DNA from: Candidatus Dormiibacterota bacterium
GTDB taxonomy: Bacteria > Chloroflexota > Dormibacteria > Aeolococcales > Aeolococcaceae
Assembly: GCA_041691155.1 (NCBI GenBank)
Contig: JBEPVD010000015.1
Span: 76-64,075 of the forward strand
Direction: 5' to 3'
DNA: 64,000 nucleotides
Shown here: one piece after another, positions 17,501 through 26,184 of the stretch
How positions within the stretch are numbered: the first letter of the stretch is position 1
Layout: each line of letters opens with the position of its first letter
The notes under the pieces: generated by a model
The model's input: the letters and a program-made list of their open reading frames with translations, nothing else
What the model was told of the DNA's origin: nothing
The model's database searches: none
Made by a program: the position numbers and the translations under genes

Positions 17501-18499
17501 GTGCCAGGCGACTACGAGAAGGGAGAGAAGGAATACCGCGTCATCAAGCTCTACGCTCGCCTGTGCGAGACGGAGAGGGGCCTGTCGACGCGGCAGCTTG
17601 CCGAAGAGCTGGAGGTCGAACAGCGAACCATCCAGCGCTACGTCGCCACCCTGCGCGACAGCGCCGGCATCGACATCGAGTCCCATGGCGGTCGGTGGCG
17701 CATCGGCAAGCGCAGCCTGCTCCCTCCGCTCCAGCTTGATCAGTACCAGGCGACACTCCTGCTGGTCGCGGTTCGCCTCTTGCAGCAGGTCCGCACCGAG
17801 CAGGATCCCGCCCTCATCGGTGCGCTCGCCCAGCTGTCGCGCGCGCTGAGCGTCCCCATCGTCAGCGAGTACCTCCTGCGCACACTCGCCGCAGCCGAGC
17901 GGCAACCGTCGAACAGCGCGCGCTTGAAGGTCGAGCGCGCGGTCATCGACGGCTTCGTGCATCACCGTGAGGTCGAGGTCCGCTACGTCGACGGCAAGGG
18001 GAACGAAAGCAAGCGCGAGTTGCGCCCGTACTTCATCCAACCGACTGCGGAAGGACGCCACATCTACGTGCTCGCACGTGATTCCGTCTCTCGCGAGGTG
18101 CGCTCCTGGCGTCTCGATCGCATCCGCGACGCCCATGTCCTGCCCACGACGTTCACGGTCCCCGAGGGGTTCGACATCGACGCCGCCCTCGGCGCCTCCT
18201 GGGGCATCTGGCAGGGTCAGGTCGGCGATCGAATCGTGCTGCGCTTTCCCGCCGCGGTTCGCCAGTGGGTGGATGAAAGCCCGTGGCCGGCGAAGACAAG
18301 GCGGAAGGACCTGCCCGACGGCAGCATCGAGGTCCGGCTGGAGGTGGCCGGCGAGGCCGAGATGCGACCCTGGCTCCTGCGCTGGGGCGAAAACGTCGAG
18401 GTCGTGGGGCCGGAGTCGCTGCGGACCTTCATGGCGGAGACCCATGCGGCGGCGGCGGCACTGTACGCGTCGAATCACCGTGATCGGGGTAGAAAATAG
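17501..18499 (+). CDS. WYL-domain transcriptional regulator (HTH-WYL-WCX architecture)
   Basis: GTG start 9 nt after the GNAT stop. N-terminal HTH (LSTRQLAEELEVEQRTIQRYVATLR). Central WYL-type segment (VEVRYVDGKGNESKRELRPYFI..HIYVLARD..REVRSWRLDRI). C-terminal extension. Confidence 0.85.
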   Translation: MPGDYEKGEKEYRVIKLYARLCETERGLSTRQLAEELEVEQRTIQRYVATLRDSAGIDIESHGGRWRIGKRSLLPPLQLDQYQATLLLVAVRLLQQVRTEQDPALIGALAQLSRALSVPIVSEYLLRTLAAAERQPSNSARLKVERAVIDGFVHHREVEVRYVDGKGNESKRELRPYFIQPTAEGRHIYVLARDSVSREVRSWRLDRIRDAHVLPTTFTVPEGFDIDAALGASWGIWQGQVGDRIVLRFPAAVRQWVDESPWPAKTRRKDLPDGSIEVRLEVAGEAEMRPWLLRWGENVEVVGPESLRTFMAETHAAAAALYASNHRDRGRK

Positions 18500-18503
18500 C
18501 CAT

Positions 18504-18905
18504 ATGGACGACAAGATCACCCTCACCGACGACGAATGGCGTCAGAAGCTCACCCCTGAGCAGTACAACGTGCTCCGCAAGGCGAGCACCGAGCGCGCCT
18601 TCACCGGCCAGTACGTGCATGTGGACGACAAGGGCGTCTACCACTGCGCAGGCTGTGGCGCCGAGCTCTTCAACTCCGACACCAAGTTCGACTCCGGCAC
18701 CGGCTGGCCGAGCTTCTACGAGCCGATGTTCGAAGGTGCGGTCGAGAAGCACCGCGACTGGAGCATGGGTCTCCCGCGCACGGAGATTCGCTGCGCGAAG
18801 TGCGGCGGCCACCTGGGGCACGTGTTCAACGACGGACCGCAGCCGACCGGGGAGCGCTACTGCATGAACTCCTGCGCCCTCAAGCTGGAAAAGACCCCCA
18901 GCTGA
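18504..18905 (+). CDS. msrB: peptide-methionine (R)-S-oxide reductase
   Basis: ATG at 18504. Zinc CxxC pairs (CAGCG, CAKCG) and the active-site region GHLGHVFNDGP..RYCMNS. Confidence 0.95.
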   Translation: MDDKITLTDDEWRQKLTPEQYNVLRKASTERAFTGQYVHVDDKGVYHCAGCGAELFNSDTKFDSGTGWPSFYEPMFEGAVEKHRDWSMGLPRTEIRCAKCGGHLGHVFNDGPQPTGERYCMNSCALKLEKTPS

Positions 18906-20950
18906 TCACGCAGCTGGAGCCCTCGGCCCGGGCTCGCGCTGTACTCGAACAGACCTTCGGCTTCGCCGACTTTCGCCCCGGACAGGCGGATGTCATTGCC
19001 GCGGCCGAGGCGCAGTCGGACGTGTTGTTCGTTGCCCCGACCGGCTCCGGCAAGAGCATCGCGTACTGGGTCCCCGGCGTTGTGGGTGGTGGGCTGACGC
19101 TGGTCGTCTCACCGCTCATCGCCCTGATGGTCGATCAGGTGGCCCGTCTCAATGCGCTGGGTATCCCGGCGGCGTGCCTGCACAGTCAGGTGAGCGCCGC
19201 GACCCGGGCCGAGGCGATGCGAGCGGCACTCGCGGGCGAGTTGCGCTTCCTGTACCTCGCGCCGGAGCGGATCGGCGCGGCCGGTGTGCTCGACAGCCTC
19301 GGCAAGCTCACCGTCGCGCGCTTCGTCGTTGACGAGGCGCATTGCATCTCGAGCTGGGGACACGACTTCCGGCCCGACTACCGTCGCCTCGGGGACGCCA
19401 TTGCGGCGTGTGGCCGGCCTCCTGTCGGAGCGTTCACCGCGACAGCAACCCCGCGCGTTCGGCAGGACATCGCCGCGAGCCTTGGGCTCCGAGCGCCGGT
19501 TGAGCGCGTCAGCGGATTCGTGCGCGAGAACCTGACCATGTCCGTCGTCCGCTGCCGTGGTGTGGCGGACAAGCGCAGCGCACTTGCGGGACTGGTTCGA
19601 CGCGACAGCGGTCGCGCGCTCATCTACTGCGGCAGCCGGAAGACGACGGAGGCCGTGACCGAGACGCTGTCGCAGGCAGGCGTGTCGGTCGCCGCGTATC
19701 ACGGTGCGCTCGACGGCGATACGCGTCAGCGCGTCTATGAGCGCTATGCGTCGGGTGATCTGCACGTGATCGCCGCCACATCGGCGTTCGGCATGGGCGT
19801 CGACTTTCCGGATATCCGTCGCGTCATCCACCACGATTTCCCTGGAAGCATCGAGGAGTATTACCAGCAGGCAGGGCGCGCGGGACGCGACGGCGAACCG
19901 TCCGAATGCATCCTGCTCTACAGCGCCGCGGATCGACAGCTGCAGGAGTTCTTCATCGAGCAGGCCTTCCCGGAGCGCGACACGGTTCGCTCGGTGTATC
20001 GAGAATTGTTGCGCGAGGGCAGCGATGCGATCGATGACTGGGACCGTCGCGGTGTCGCCGCCAACGCAGCGCGCGCCGCACTCGACCTGCTTCGTCGCGC
20101 CGACGTGATCCAACCCGACGGCAGCATCCGGCGCCTGACTGGTGCGCCAGTCGACTTCGACGAGCAGGCATTGCTCAAGGCCAACGCCTACGCGCGCGTC
20201 AACCAAGTGATGGACTATGCGGGCTTTCGGGGGTGCCGGCATGCGCGCATTGCCGATTACTTCGGTGAGGAAGGTGTTGCGCGCACCTGCCACGCCTGCG
20301 ATAACTGTCTCGACGAAAACCGCTCGCCTCTCGTGGTCGTCGACGCGGCGGATGTCGGGGCGGTGCTTGCCTGCGTGGCGCGATTCGATGGACACCTCGG
20401 CGGCGTCCGGCTCGCGTCAATCCTTCGCGGTACCACCGACACCTGGACGTCGTCGCGTCAGTGGGTTACGGAGTTGGCGTTTTTCGGCGCACTGCGAGCC
20501 TGGGAACTGGAGCGCATTCGCGACCTGCTCGAGCGACTCGTCGAAGTCGGCTGCGTCAGCCGCGGGCACGGGGAGAAGCCGACACTCGGGATCACCGTAC
20601 GCGGCAGCGCAGTGCTTCGCGGTGACGATGACGTCCAAGTGGACATTGCCGCGCAAACACGACGGCCGCAATCATCAAGTCGCGCCAAGAGCGCCGGCGG
20701 GAGCGCGCTCGACGCCGATACCAGTGACGAAGTCCGCGCCCGATTCGAGGCGCTGCGGGGCTGGCGACTCGAGATCGCGCGCAACGCTCAATTGCCGCCG
20801 TATGTCGTATTCCACGACCGCACTCTCGCCGAGATCGCGCATCGACGACCGGCTTCGATGGCGGCGCTGGGAACGATCTCTGGGGTGGGCCCGGCAAAGC
20901 TGGAGCGCTATGGGGAGTTGGTTCTCACGGTCCTTCGCGACCGCGACTGA
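18800..20950 (+). CDS. recQ: ATP-dependent DNA helicase RecQ
   Basis: FRPGQ Q-motif, APTGSGKS, VVDEAHCISSWGHDFRPDY, a zinc-binding CHACDNC region, and RQC and HRDC domains. The only canonical start (ATG 18800) overlaps msrB by 106 nt. A CTG at 18902 in a CTGA overlap gives an E. coli-like N-terminus (see findings). Confidence 0.9.
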   Translation: MRRPPGARVQRRTAADRGALLHELLRPQAGKDPQLITQLEPSARARAVLEQTFGFADFRPGQADVIAAAEAQSDVLFVAPTGSGKSIAYWVPGVVGGGLTLVVSPLIALMVDQVARLNALGIPAACLHSQVSAATRAEAMRAALAGELRFLYLAPERIGAAGVLDSLGKLTVARFVVDEAHCISSWGHDFRPDYRRLGDAIAACGRPPVGAFTATATPRVRQDIAASLGLRAPVERVSGFVRENLTMSVVRCRGVADKRSALAGLVRRDSGRALIYCGSRKTTEAVTETLSQAGVSVAAYHGALDGDTRQRVYERYASGDLHVIAATSAFGMGVDFPDIRRVIHHDFPGSIEEYYQQAGRAGRDGEPSECILLYSAADRQLQEFFIEQAFPERDTVRSVYRELLREGSDAIDDWDRRGVAANAARAALDLLRRADVIQPDGSIRRLTGAPVDFDEQALLKANAYARVNQVMDYAGFRGCRHARIADYFGEEGVARTCHACDNCLDENRSPLVVVDAADVGAVLACVARFDGHLGGVRLASILRGTTDTWTSSRQWVTELAFFGALRAWELERIRDLLERLVEVGCVSRGHGEKPTLGITVRGSAVLRGDDDVQVDIAAQTRRPQSSSRAKSAGGSALDADTSDEVRARFEALRGWRLEIARNAQLPPYVVFHDRTLAEIAHRRPASMAALGTISGVGPAKLERYGELVLTVLRDRD

Positions 20951-21093
20951 TGGGTTAGCCAGACCCTCGGGACTACCTCCAAAAATCATGAAAACGAACT
21001 GCTACCCGCACTAGCGCCGTAAGCCGCAAGGACTCGCGAGCATCGGCAAAAGCGAATCGCCCCCGACATCCTCCGTTGGGTGGCTGAGGACTG

Positions 21094-21288
21094 CTACTGG
21101 CCCGCCCCCCCACAAGCTGGAGCTTCCGCGGGCTCGCATGATTGCGATCCGCCGATCGTGATGTTCTCGGTAGGCCTGGGGGTGGGGGCGTTGTGAGTTC
21201 CCGGATGGCTGAGAAAGATCACGACCATCAGAGCAGCCAGCGCGACGACGGCGATCGCAGCCGCGATCCGTGCCTTCACGGTCCTCAC
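21094..21288 (-). CDS. possible 64-aa membrane-anchored small protein
   Basis: GTG start, one N-terminal TM helix (IAAAIAVVALAALMVVIFL) and a Cys-containing tail. Coding statistics are weak and there is no clear SD. Confidence 0.25.
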   Translation of the reverse strand: MRTVKARIAAAIAVVALAALMVVIFLSHPGTHNAPTPRPTENITIGGSQSCEPAEAPACGGAGQ

Positions 21289-21445
21289 GCTCGCATGCTC
21301 GCGCGCTCACGGTGTGGGAATCGGGCACCAGGACCGTGACGACCCCGCACGGGTTCACGGCGTGCCCTCGATGCCTTTGTGGCGCCACGACTGTGTTCGT
21401 GCGCCCGACTATCGGCTCATTATTGCCGCGGTGGTCGTCAGTTGA

Positions 21446-22726
21446 TCACGCGCCGGCGATCGACAGCTTCACCTGACCCGTCGCATACGCCGGCGGCCAG
21501 ACAACGACGCTCACCCGGGGCGCCTGCCACTGCCATACGACCGCAGCAGCGCGCACGTTCTGGCCGAGCCGATCCGGTGATGTTGAGAAGAGCACGCCGC
21601 CGCCGTTAGGAAGGCTGCCGTTGGGCAGATCCAGCGTCCGCGCTGCGGCGGCGATGCTCCGCGCGCTACCGCTCTGGGCCTTGTCGAGCACATCGGCAAA
21701 CAGCACCCATGCAGCGCTGAAGCCGGCGATCCCCTCCTCGTCGGGCACGGCTTGACCGGTGCGGTGCTTCCACATCGCGGCGAACTTGTTGTACAGCGCG
21801 CGCGCCTGCGGGTCGAGCGCGTTCGGGTTGAAGTTGGCTTGTGGACGATCCGATGCGAAGACCCCGACCGCGCCAGACCCGAGCACGTTGCCGAAGTCCT
21901 GGTCGCATTGCGCCATCGTGGTGCCCATGAACACTTTCACCTGCAGCCCCGCGGCAAGGAACGCACGCCGGAACGCGATGCCGTCCTGAATGTGTGACGA
22001 GAGCACCAGGATGTCCGGCTTGTCCGTCGCGAGTGCCGTCATGACCGGCGCCCAGTCCGGCGTGTACGGGTTGTAGATGGATTCGCCGCTGATGCGGAGC
22101 CCCCCGGCCTCGAGTGCGGCGCGCGTCGCGTCGGCGACCGAGTGCCCGTACTCATCGTCAGCGGTGACGAACGAGACGCGCAACTTCTTGACGGGAATGC
22201 CGAGACGGGGCACCAGCTGACTGATGATGAACTCGCCGGAGTTGCTCCCCAACTCGGCACCGTCGACACCGACACGGAAGACCAGCGGCGAGCCCTGTCC
22301 GGTCACACGATCGGCGACCGCCCCGGTCTCCCAGTAGACCATGCCGTCGGCCGCCACCGCAGCGGCCGCGGGGATCGAGAGCTGCGACGAGTATGCGCCA
22401 ATCACGGCAGGAACTCCGTCGGCATGGAGACTCGACACCGCAGCGGCGATCTGGCTCTGCTCCTCGACGTTGCGGACATCGATGGAGATCGGGTGCCCAT
22501 TGACGCCCCCGGAAGCGTTGACCATCTGCGCGGCGAGGGTCGCACCGATGTACTCGTCAGTGGACTCCGGTGTGGTGCTCCCGGAGAGCGGGAAGATCGC
22601 GCCGATCCGAAGCGGCACCGGCCCTGCCGCGGCAGCGCTCGCGCAGGCTGCCGCAAGCCCAGGCAGGATCAGCGCAGCGAGCAGTCCCAGGGAGCGAGAA
22701 CGTCCGGCGCCGGAATCCGGTTGCAC
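21446..22726 (-). CDS. LivK/Peripla_BP_6-type ABC substrate-binding lipoprotein (orphan)
   Basis: Signal peptide with AAACAS. The pattern LRIGAIFPLSG..GGVNGHPI..VIGAYSS is typical of branched-chain amino acid/amide binding proteins. No cognate LivHMGF genes are nearby. Confidence 0.85.
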   Translation of the reverse strand: MQPDSGAGRSRSLGLLAALILPGLAAACASAAAAGPVPLRIGAIFPLSGSTTPESTDEYIGATLAAQMVNASGGVNGHPISIDVRNVEEQSQIAAAVSSLHADGVPAVIGAYSSQLSIPAAAAVAADGMVYWETGAVADRVTGQGSPLVFRVGVDGAELGSNSGEFIISQLVPRLGIPVKKLRVSFVTADDEYGHSVADATRAALEAGGLRISGESIYNPYTPDWAPVMTALATDKPDILVLSSHIQDGIAFRRAFLAAGLQVKVFMGTTMAQCDQDFGNVLGSGAVGVFASDRPQANFNPNALDPQARALYNKFAAMWKHRTGQAVPDEEGIAGFSAAWVLFADVLDKAQSGSARSIAAAARTLDLPNGSLPNGGGVLFSTSPDRLGQNVRAAAVVWQWQAPRVSVVVWPPAYATGQVKLSIAGA

Positions 22727-22735
22727 CGGCCGATC

Positions 22736-23632
22736 TTAACCCTCGCCGCCGTGCGGCAGGGTGCGTGCGATTTCACGGCGCTCTGCCCGGACTCTGCGCC
22801 GGCGCGCTCCGAGCGCCTCCGCGAGGCGCACCAGGACATAGATGCCGGTCGAGATGGTCGTGATGTAAAAGCTCACCGGGTAGGGTGTGAAGTACGCGAC
22901 GAAGAGGCCGATCCACGTGGACGCGAGCGCGATCACAACGCCGACAAAGAGCGCCTGGAGCGGACTGCGGCAGACCCGTTCGGCGATCGCTGCCGGGGTG
23001 ACCACGAGCGCGAAGATGAGCAGGATCCCGACGACCTGCACGGAGACGGCGACCGCGAGGCCGACCGTCATGACGAACCCGATCGACAGCGTGCGCACCG
23101 GCACACCTCGCGCTTCAGCGACATCCTCGTCGATCGATGCGAACAGTAACGGTCGGTACATCGCCGCGATGAGTACCAGCGTGACCACACCGATGACCAG
23201 CGTCAGTCCCACCTGACTCTGCTCGACCCCGAGAATCTGACCAAACAGGATCGAGACGACGAAGTTCGCGTCGAATCCTTTGTAGAGGGCCAGGAACAAC
23301 ACGCCGAGCCCGAGCGCGAAGGCAAGCACGATGCCGATCACCGTGTCGCGATCATGCAGGCGTCGCCCGAGCGCCCCGACCACGCCACCCGCGCACACGC
23401 AGGACACGACGAGCCCGACGATGGGTTGGAGTCCGATCAACGCAGCACCTGCAGCACCGGCGAAGCCGATGTGTGAGAGCGCATGCGCGGCAAACGCGGT
23501 ACGCCGAAGGATCACGAAGTAACCGACCACACCGGCCACCACCGACACGATCGCACCGACCTCGAATGCGCTGACCATGAACTGGTACGACAGCATCTGG
23601 CCGATATCCGAGAAGAGATTCCAGGTGAACAT
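22736..23632 (-). CDS. metal ABC transporter permease (ABC-3/ZnuB-MntB family)
   Basis: ATG at 23632 (MFTWNLF). Hydrophobic ABC-3 pattern with HALSHIGFAGAAGA. Located 4 nt after the ATPase stop. Confidence 0.9.
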   Translation of the reverse strand: MFTWNLFSDIGQMLSYQFMVSAFEVGAIVSVVAGVVGYFVILRRTAFAAHALSHIGFAGAAGAALIGLQPIVGLVVSCVCAGGVVGALGRRLHDRDTVIGIVLAFALGLGVLFLALYKGFDANFVVSILFGQILGVEQSQVGLTLVIGVVTLVLIAAMYRPLLFASIDEDVAEARGVPVRTLSIGFVMTVGLAVAVSVQVVGILLIFALVVTPAAIAERVCRSPLQALFVGVVIALASTWIGLFVAYFTPYPVSFYITTISTGIYVLVRLAEALGARRRRVRAERREIARTLPHGGEG

Positions 23633-23636
23633 CGCG

Positions 23637-24464
23637 TCAGTGCCCGTGCGCGTGGGGATGCGCGGTTTCCTCGTCGAGTCCCACGACGAAGCGACGGCCA
23701 CGGCTGTCGGTCAGCACCTCGATCGGAGCGCCGTAGAGCGCTGAAAGCACGGGGCCGGAGACCACCTCATCGGGTGTCCCGGTCGCGACGCCGCCACCGG
23801 CCACGTAGCAGACCCGGTCGATCGCGCGACGGAGCGGATTGAGATCGTGCGCGACCAGCATGACCGCGATCCCGCGGTCGCGAGCAACGTCCTCAATCAC
23901 CTCGACCATCGCGGCCTCGTTGCGCACATCGAGATTGGCGAGCGGCTCATCGAGCAACAGCAGTTTCGGACCGCCGACCAAAGCCTGCGCGAGCAGCAGG
24001 CGCTGGCGTTCGCCGCCCGACATCTCGCTGACGCGACGCCCGGCGTACTCGGTCGCCCGCACCGCGCTGACGGCAGTCGCGACGGTGGCCTGCAGGTCGC
24101 GCGACTGCATCGGCAGCCGGAATCCCCAGCGGTGACCATCGATGCCGAAGCCGACGAGGTCGGTGCCTCGCACCGCCGCGCCGGCATCGAGCGTGCGGCC
24201 CTGGGGGACGTACCCGATCTCAGGGCTGCCTCGCCGTGGCGGCGACCCGAGCACCGTCAACTCCCCCGCCAGGGGCGGCAGCAATCCCAGCAGCATGCGG
24301 AGCAACGTCGACTTGCCTGCCCCGTTCGGGCCGAGCACCGCGACGAACTCGCCCTGGGCGATCGAGAAGTTCGCCCCACTCCAGACCGTGTGCCCCGGGT
24401 AGCCGGCCGCGAGATCAACCGCAGCGATCACTGGGACGCCCGGCGCCGGGACGATCTCGCTCAC
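23637..24464 (-). CDS. metal ABC transporter ATP-binding protein (ZnuC/MntA-like)
   Basis: The GTG start at 24464 overlaps the binding-protein stop (GTGA). Walker A GPNGAGKST, signature MSGGERQRL, Walker B LLLLDEP. Confidence 0.9.
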   Translation of the reverse strand: MSEIVPAPGVPVIAAVDLAAGYPGHTVWSGANFSIAQGEFVAVLGPNGAGKSTLLRMLLGLLPPLAGELTVLGSPPRRGSPEIGYVPQGRTLDAGAAVRGTDLVGFGIDGHRWGFRLPMQSRDLQATVATAVSAVRATEYAGRRVSEMSGGERQRLLLAQALVGGPKLLLLDEPLANLDVRNEAAMVEVIEDVARDRGIAVMLVAHDLNPLRRAIDRVCYVAGGGVATGTPDEVVSGPVLSALYGAPIEVLTDSRGRRFVVGLDEETAHPHAHGH

Positions 24465-25384
24465 TGGCCGAGCACGCCGGCGTTCAGCCCATGGATGACC
24501 GCACTCAGCTGGCCGCGCATCCACCCTTCGAACGTCGCCATCGGAGGCTGAATTGTCTCTGACACGCCGATCGCCGGAATGCCTCGCTGCGCGGCCTCCT
24601 CCTTGAGCTGGGTCGTGAGGGGCGTCACCGTCTGGCTGTTGAACACCAGCACTCGGAAGGAATTGGCGCGGATCTGGTCGGTGAAAGTCACCACGCTCGA
24701 TGCCGGAGGATCGTTGCCCTCGGCGACCGCATCCATGAACGTTTGTGGGGTGACGAGGTCGAGCTGCGTGACCTGCGCCATGTACTGGAAGATGCTCTCG
24801 GTCGACGCCACCGGCATATTCGCGAAGTGTTGCTGGATGTAGGCGACGCTCTGTTTGTACGGTGCGAGCAGCAACGTGAAGGCGGACGCCTGCGCCTCGA
24901 AGTACGCGAACTCGGCAGGCCGCAGCGCTTCGTAGGCGGTCGTGATTCGCGCGACAACCTGATCGACAAACCCGGGGTCGTACCAGAGGTGCGGATTGTC
25001 GCCAGGGACCTTGCCGACCAGGTTCGCGACGTCGAGCACCTTGCGACTCGCCTCCGGCTGAGCGGCCAGCAGCTGGTCGGCCCAGGTGTCGTACCCGGCG
25101 CCGTTGACGATGACGTAGTTGGCCGACGCCATCAGCCGGGCATCGGCGGGGCTGCTCTCGTATTCATGGGGATCCGCGTTGGGATCGCTGACGATGCTGG
25201 TCACCTGGACCTGGCTCCCACCGAGCTGCGCCGCGATGCTGCCCCACGTGTTCTCAGCGGCGACGACCACGAGCCGGCCACCCTTCGATGTATGGCCGAC
25301 ACCACCGCCGGCTGCGCAGCCCGAGATCAGTGAGGGCACCACCAGGGCCGCGAGCAGCGTGAGAGCGGTCGGTCGGCGAGTCAT
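24461..25384 (-). CDS. metal ABC transporter substrate-binding lipoprotein (TroA/ZnuA family)
   Basis: Lipobox LISGCA. DPHEYE and NPHLWYDP metal-site motifs. No His-rich loop, so the metal specificity is unassigned. Confidence 0.9.
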   Translation of the reverse strand: MTRRPTALTLLAALVVPSLISGCAAGGGVGHTSKGGRLVVVAAENTWGSIAAQLGGSQVQVTSIVSDPNADPHEYESSPADARLMASANYVIVNGAGYDTWADQLLAAQPEASRKVLDVANLVGKVPGDNPHLWYDPGFVDQVVARITTAYEALRPAEFAYFEAQASAFTLLLAPYKQSVAYIQQHFANMPVASTESIFQYMAQVTQLDLVTPQTFMDAVAEGNDPPASSVVTFTDQIRANSFRVLVFNSQTVTPLTTQLKEEAAQRGIPAIGVSETIQPPMATFEGWMRGQLSAVIHGLNAGVLGQ

Positions 25385-25416
25385 GAGACCGGAGTCTACA
25401 TGACACTCAGTATCGT

Positions 25417-26184
25417 TTAGCCGCGCAAGCTCATCAATGCGACCAGTTCGTCATGGAGCAGCCCGTTGCTGGTGACGACGTTCCCGGAATCGATCCGACC
25501 AGCCCCTGCGAAATCGCTGAACCGTCCGCCCGCCTCGGTGACGATGACCTGCACGGCGGCCACGTCCCAGGGGTTGACTCGTGCCTCGACAGCGACGTCA
25601 ATGACCCCTTCGGCGACGAGCATATGCGACCAGAAATCACCGAACGCCCGGAATACCCGCGCCCGGTCCAGCAGTGCGCGGAAGCCCGGCTCCGCCGGGT
25701 CCGATGCGAAGTCGCGAACGTCGGTGCAGGAGACGTACGCGTCCTCGAGGTTGGCGGTTCGGGATACGTGTACGCGCTGCCTGGAACCGGTGAACGCGCC
25801 CTGACCGGTCGCCGCCCACCAACGCCGGCCCAACGCGGCAGCGGACACCACGCCGCAGACGGCATGCTCACCCCGGACCAGCGCGATCAAGGTGGCCCAC
25901 ACCGGAACGCCGTTGGCGTAGTTCACCGTCCCGTCGATCGGGTCGAGCATCCATCGCCACTCCGTTTCGCCCTCGCCCCCGTACTCCTCGCCGACGATTG
26001 CCTGCTCGGGACGCAAGCGCTGCAGTGCTTCACGCAACGCCTCCTCGGTGGCTTTGTCGGCGTCGGTCACAGGACTGCTGTCGGACTTGGTCTCGACGCG
26101 CAGATCCGGAGCGCGAAAACGAGCGAGCGTGATCGTGTCGGCGATATCCGCCAGTTCGAGGGCTATCTCGAGGTGGGACTTCAT
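25417..26184 (-). CDS. hisN: inositol-monophosphatase-family enzyme, probably histidinol-phosphatase HisN
   Basis: ATG at 26184 (MKSHLEIALELAD). Motifs WMLDPIDGT and NPWDVAA. It is collinear with my recollection of actinobacterial HisN. The 330 codons upstream in ORF 25417..27180 are rejected. Confidence 0.75.
   Translation of the reverse strand: MKSHLEIALELADIADTITLARFRAPDLRVETKSDSSPVTDADKATEEALREALQRLRPEQAIVGEEYGGEGETEWRWMLDPIDGTVNYANGVPVWATLIALVRGEHAVCGVVSAAALGRRWWAATGQGAFTGSRQRVHVSRTANLEDAYVSCTDVRDFASDPAEPGFRALLDRARVFRAFGDFWSHMLVAEGVIDVAVEARVNPWDVAAVQVIVTEAGGRFSDFAGAGRIDSGNVVTSNGLLHDELVALMSLRG

Noticed and set aside
20951-21445. 495-bp gap after recQ with locally lower GC, examined for a tRNA, ncRNA, terminator or mobile-element scar.
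   Set aside because: I found no cloverleaf, no strong stem-loop with a U-tract and no terminal repeats. Only a weak 64-codon ORF is present, and it is reported at low confidence.
25385-25416. AT-richer 32-bp stretch upstream of the metal-transporter binding-protein gene, considered as a candidate Zur, MntR or DtxR operator.
   Set aside because: I found no dyad symmetry when checking base by base and no resemblance to the metalloregulator boxes I remember. The region is also immediately downstream of the hisN stop.
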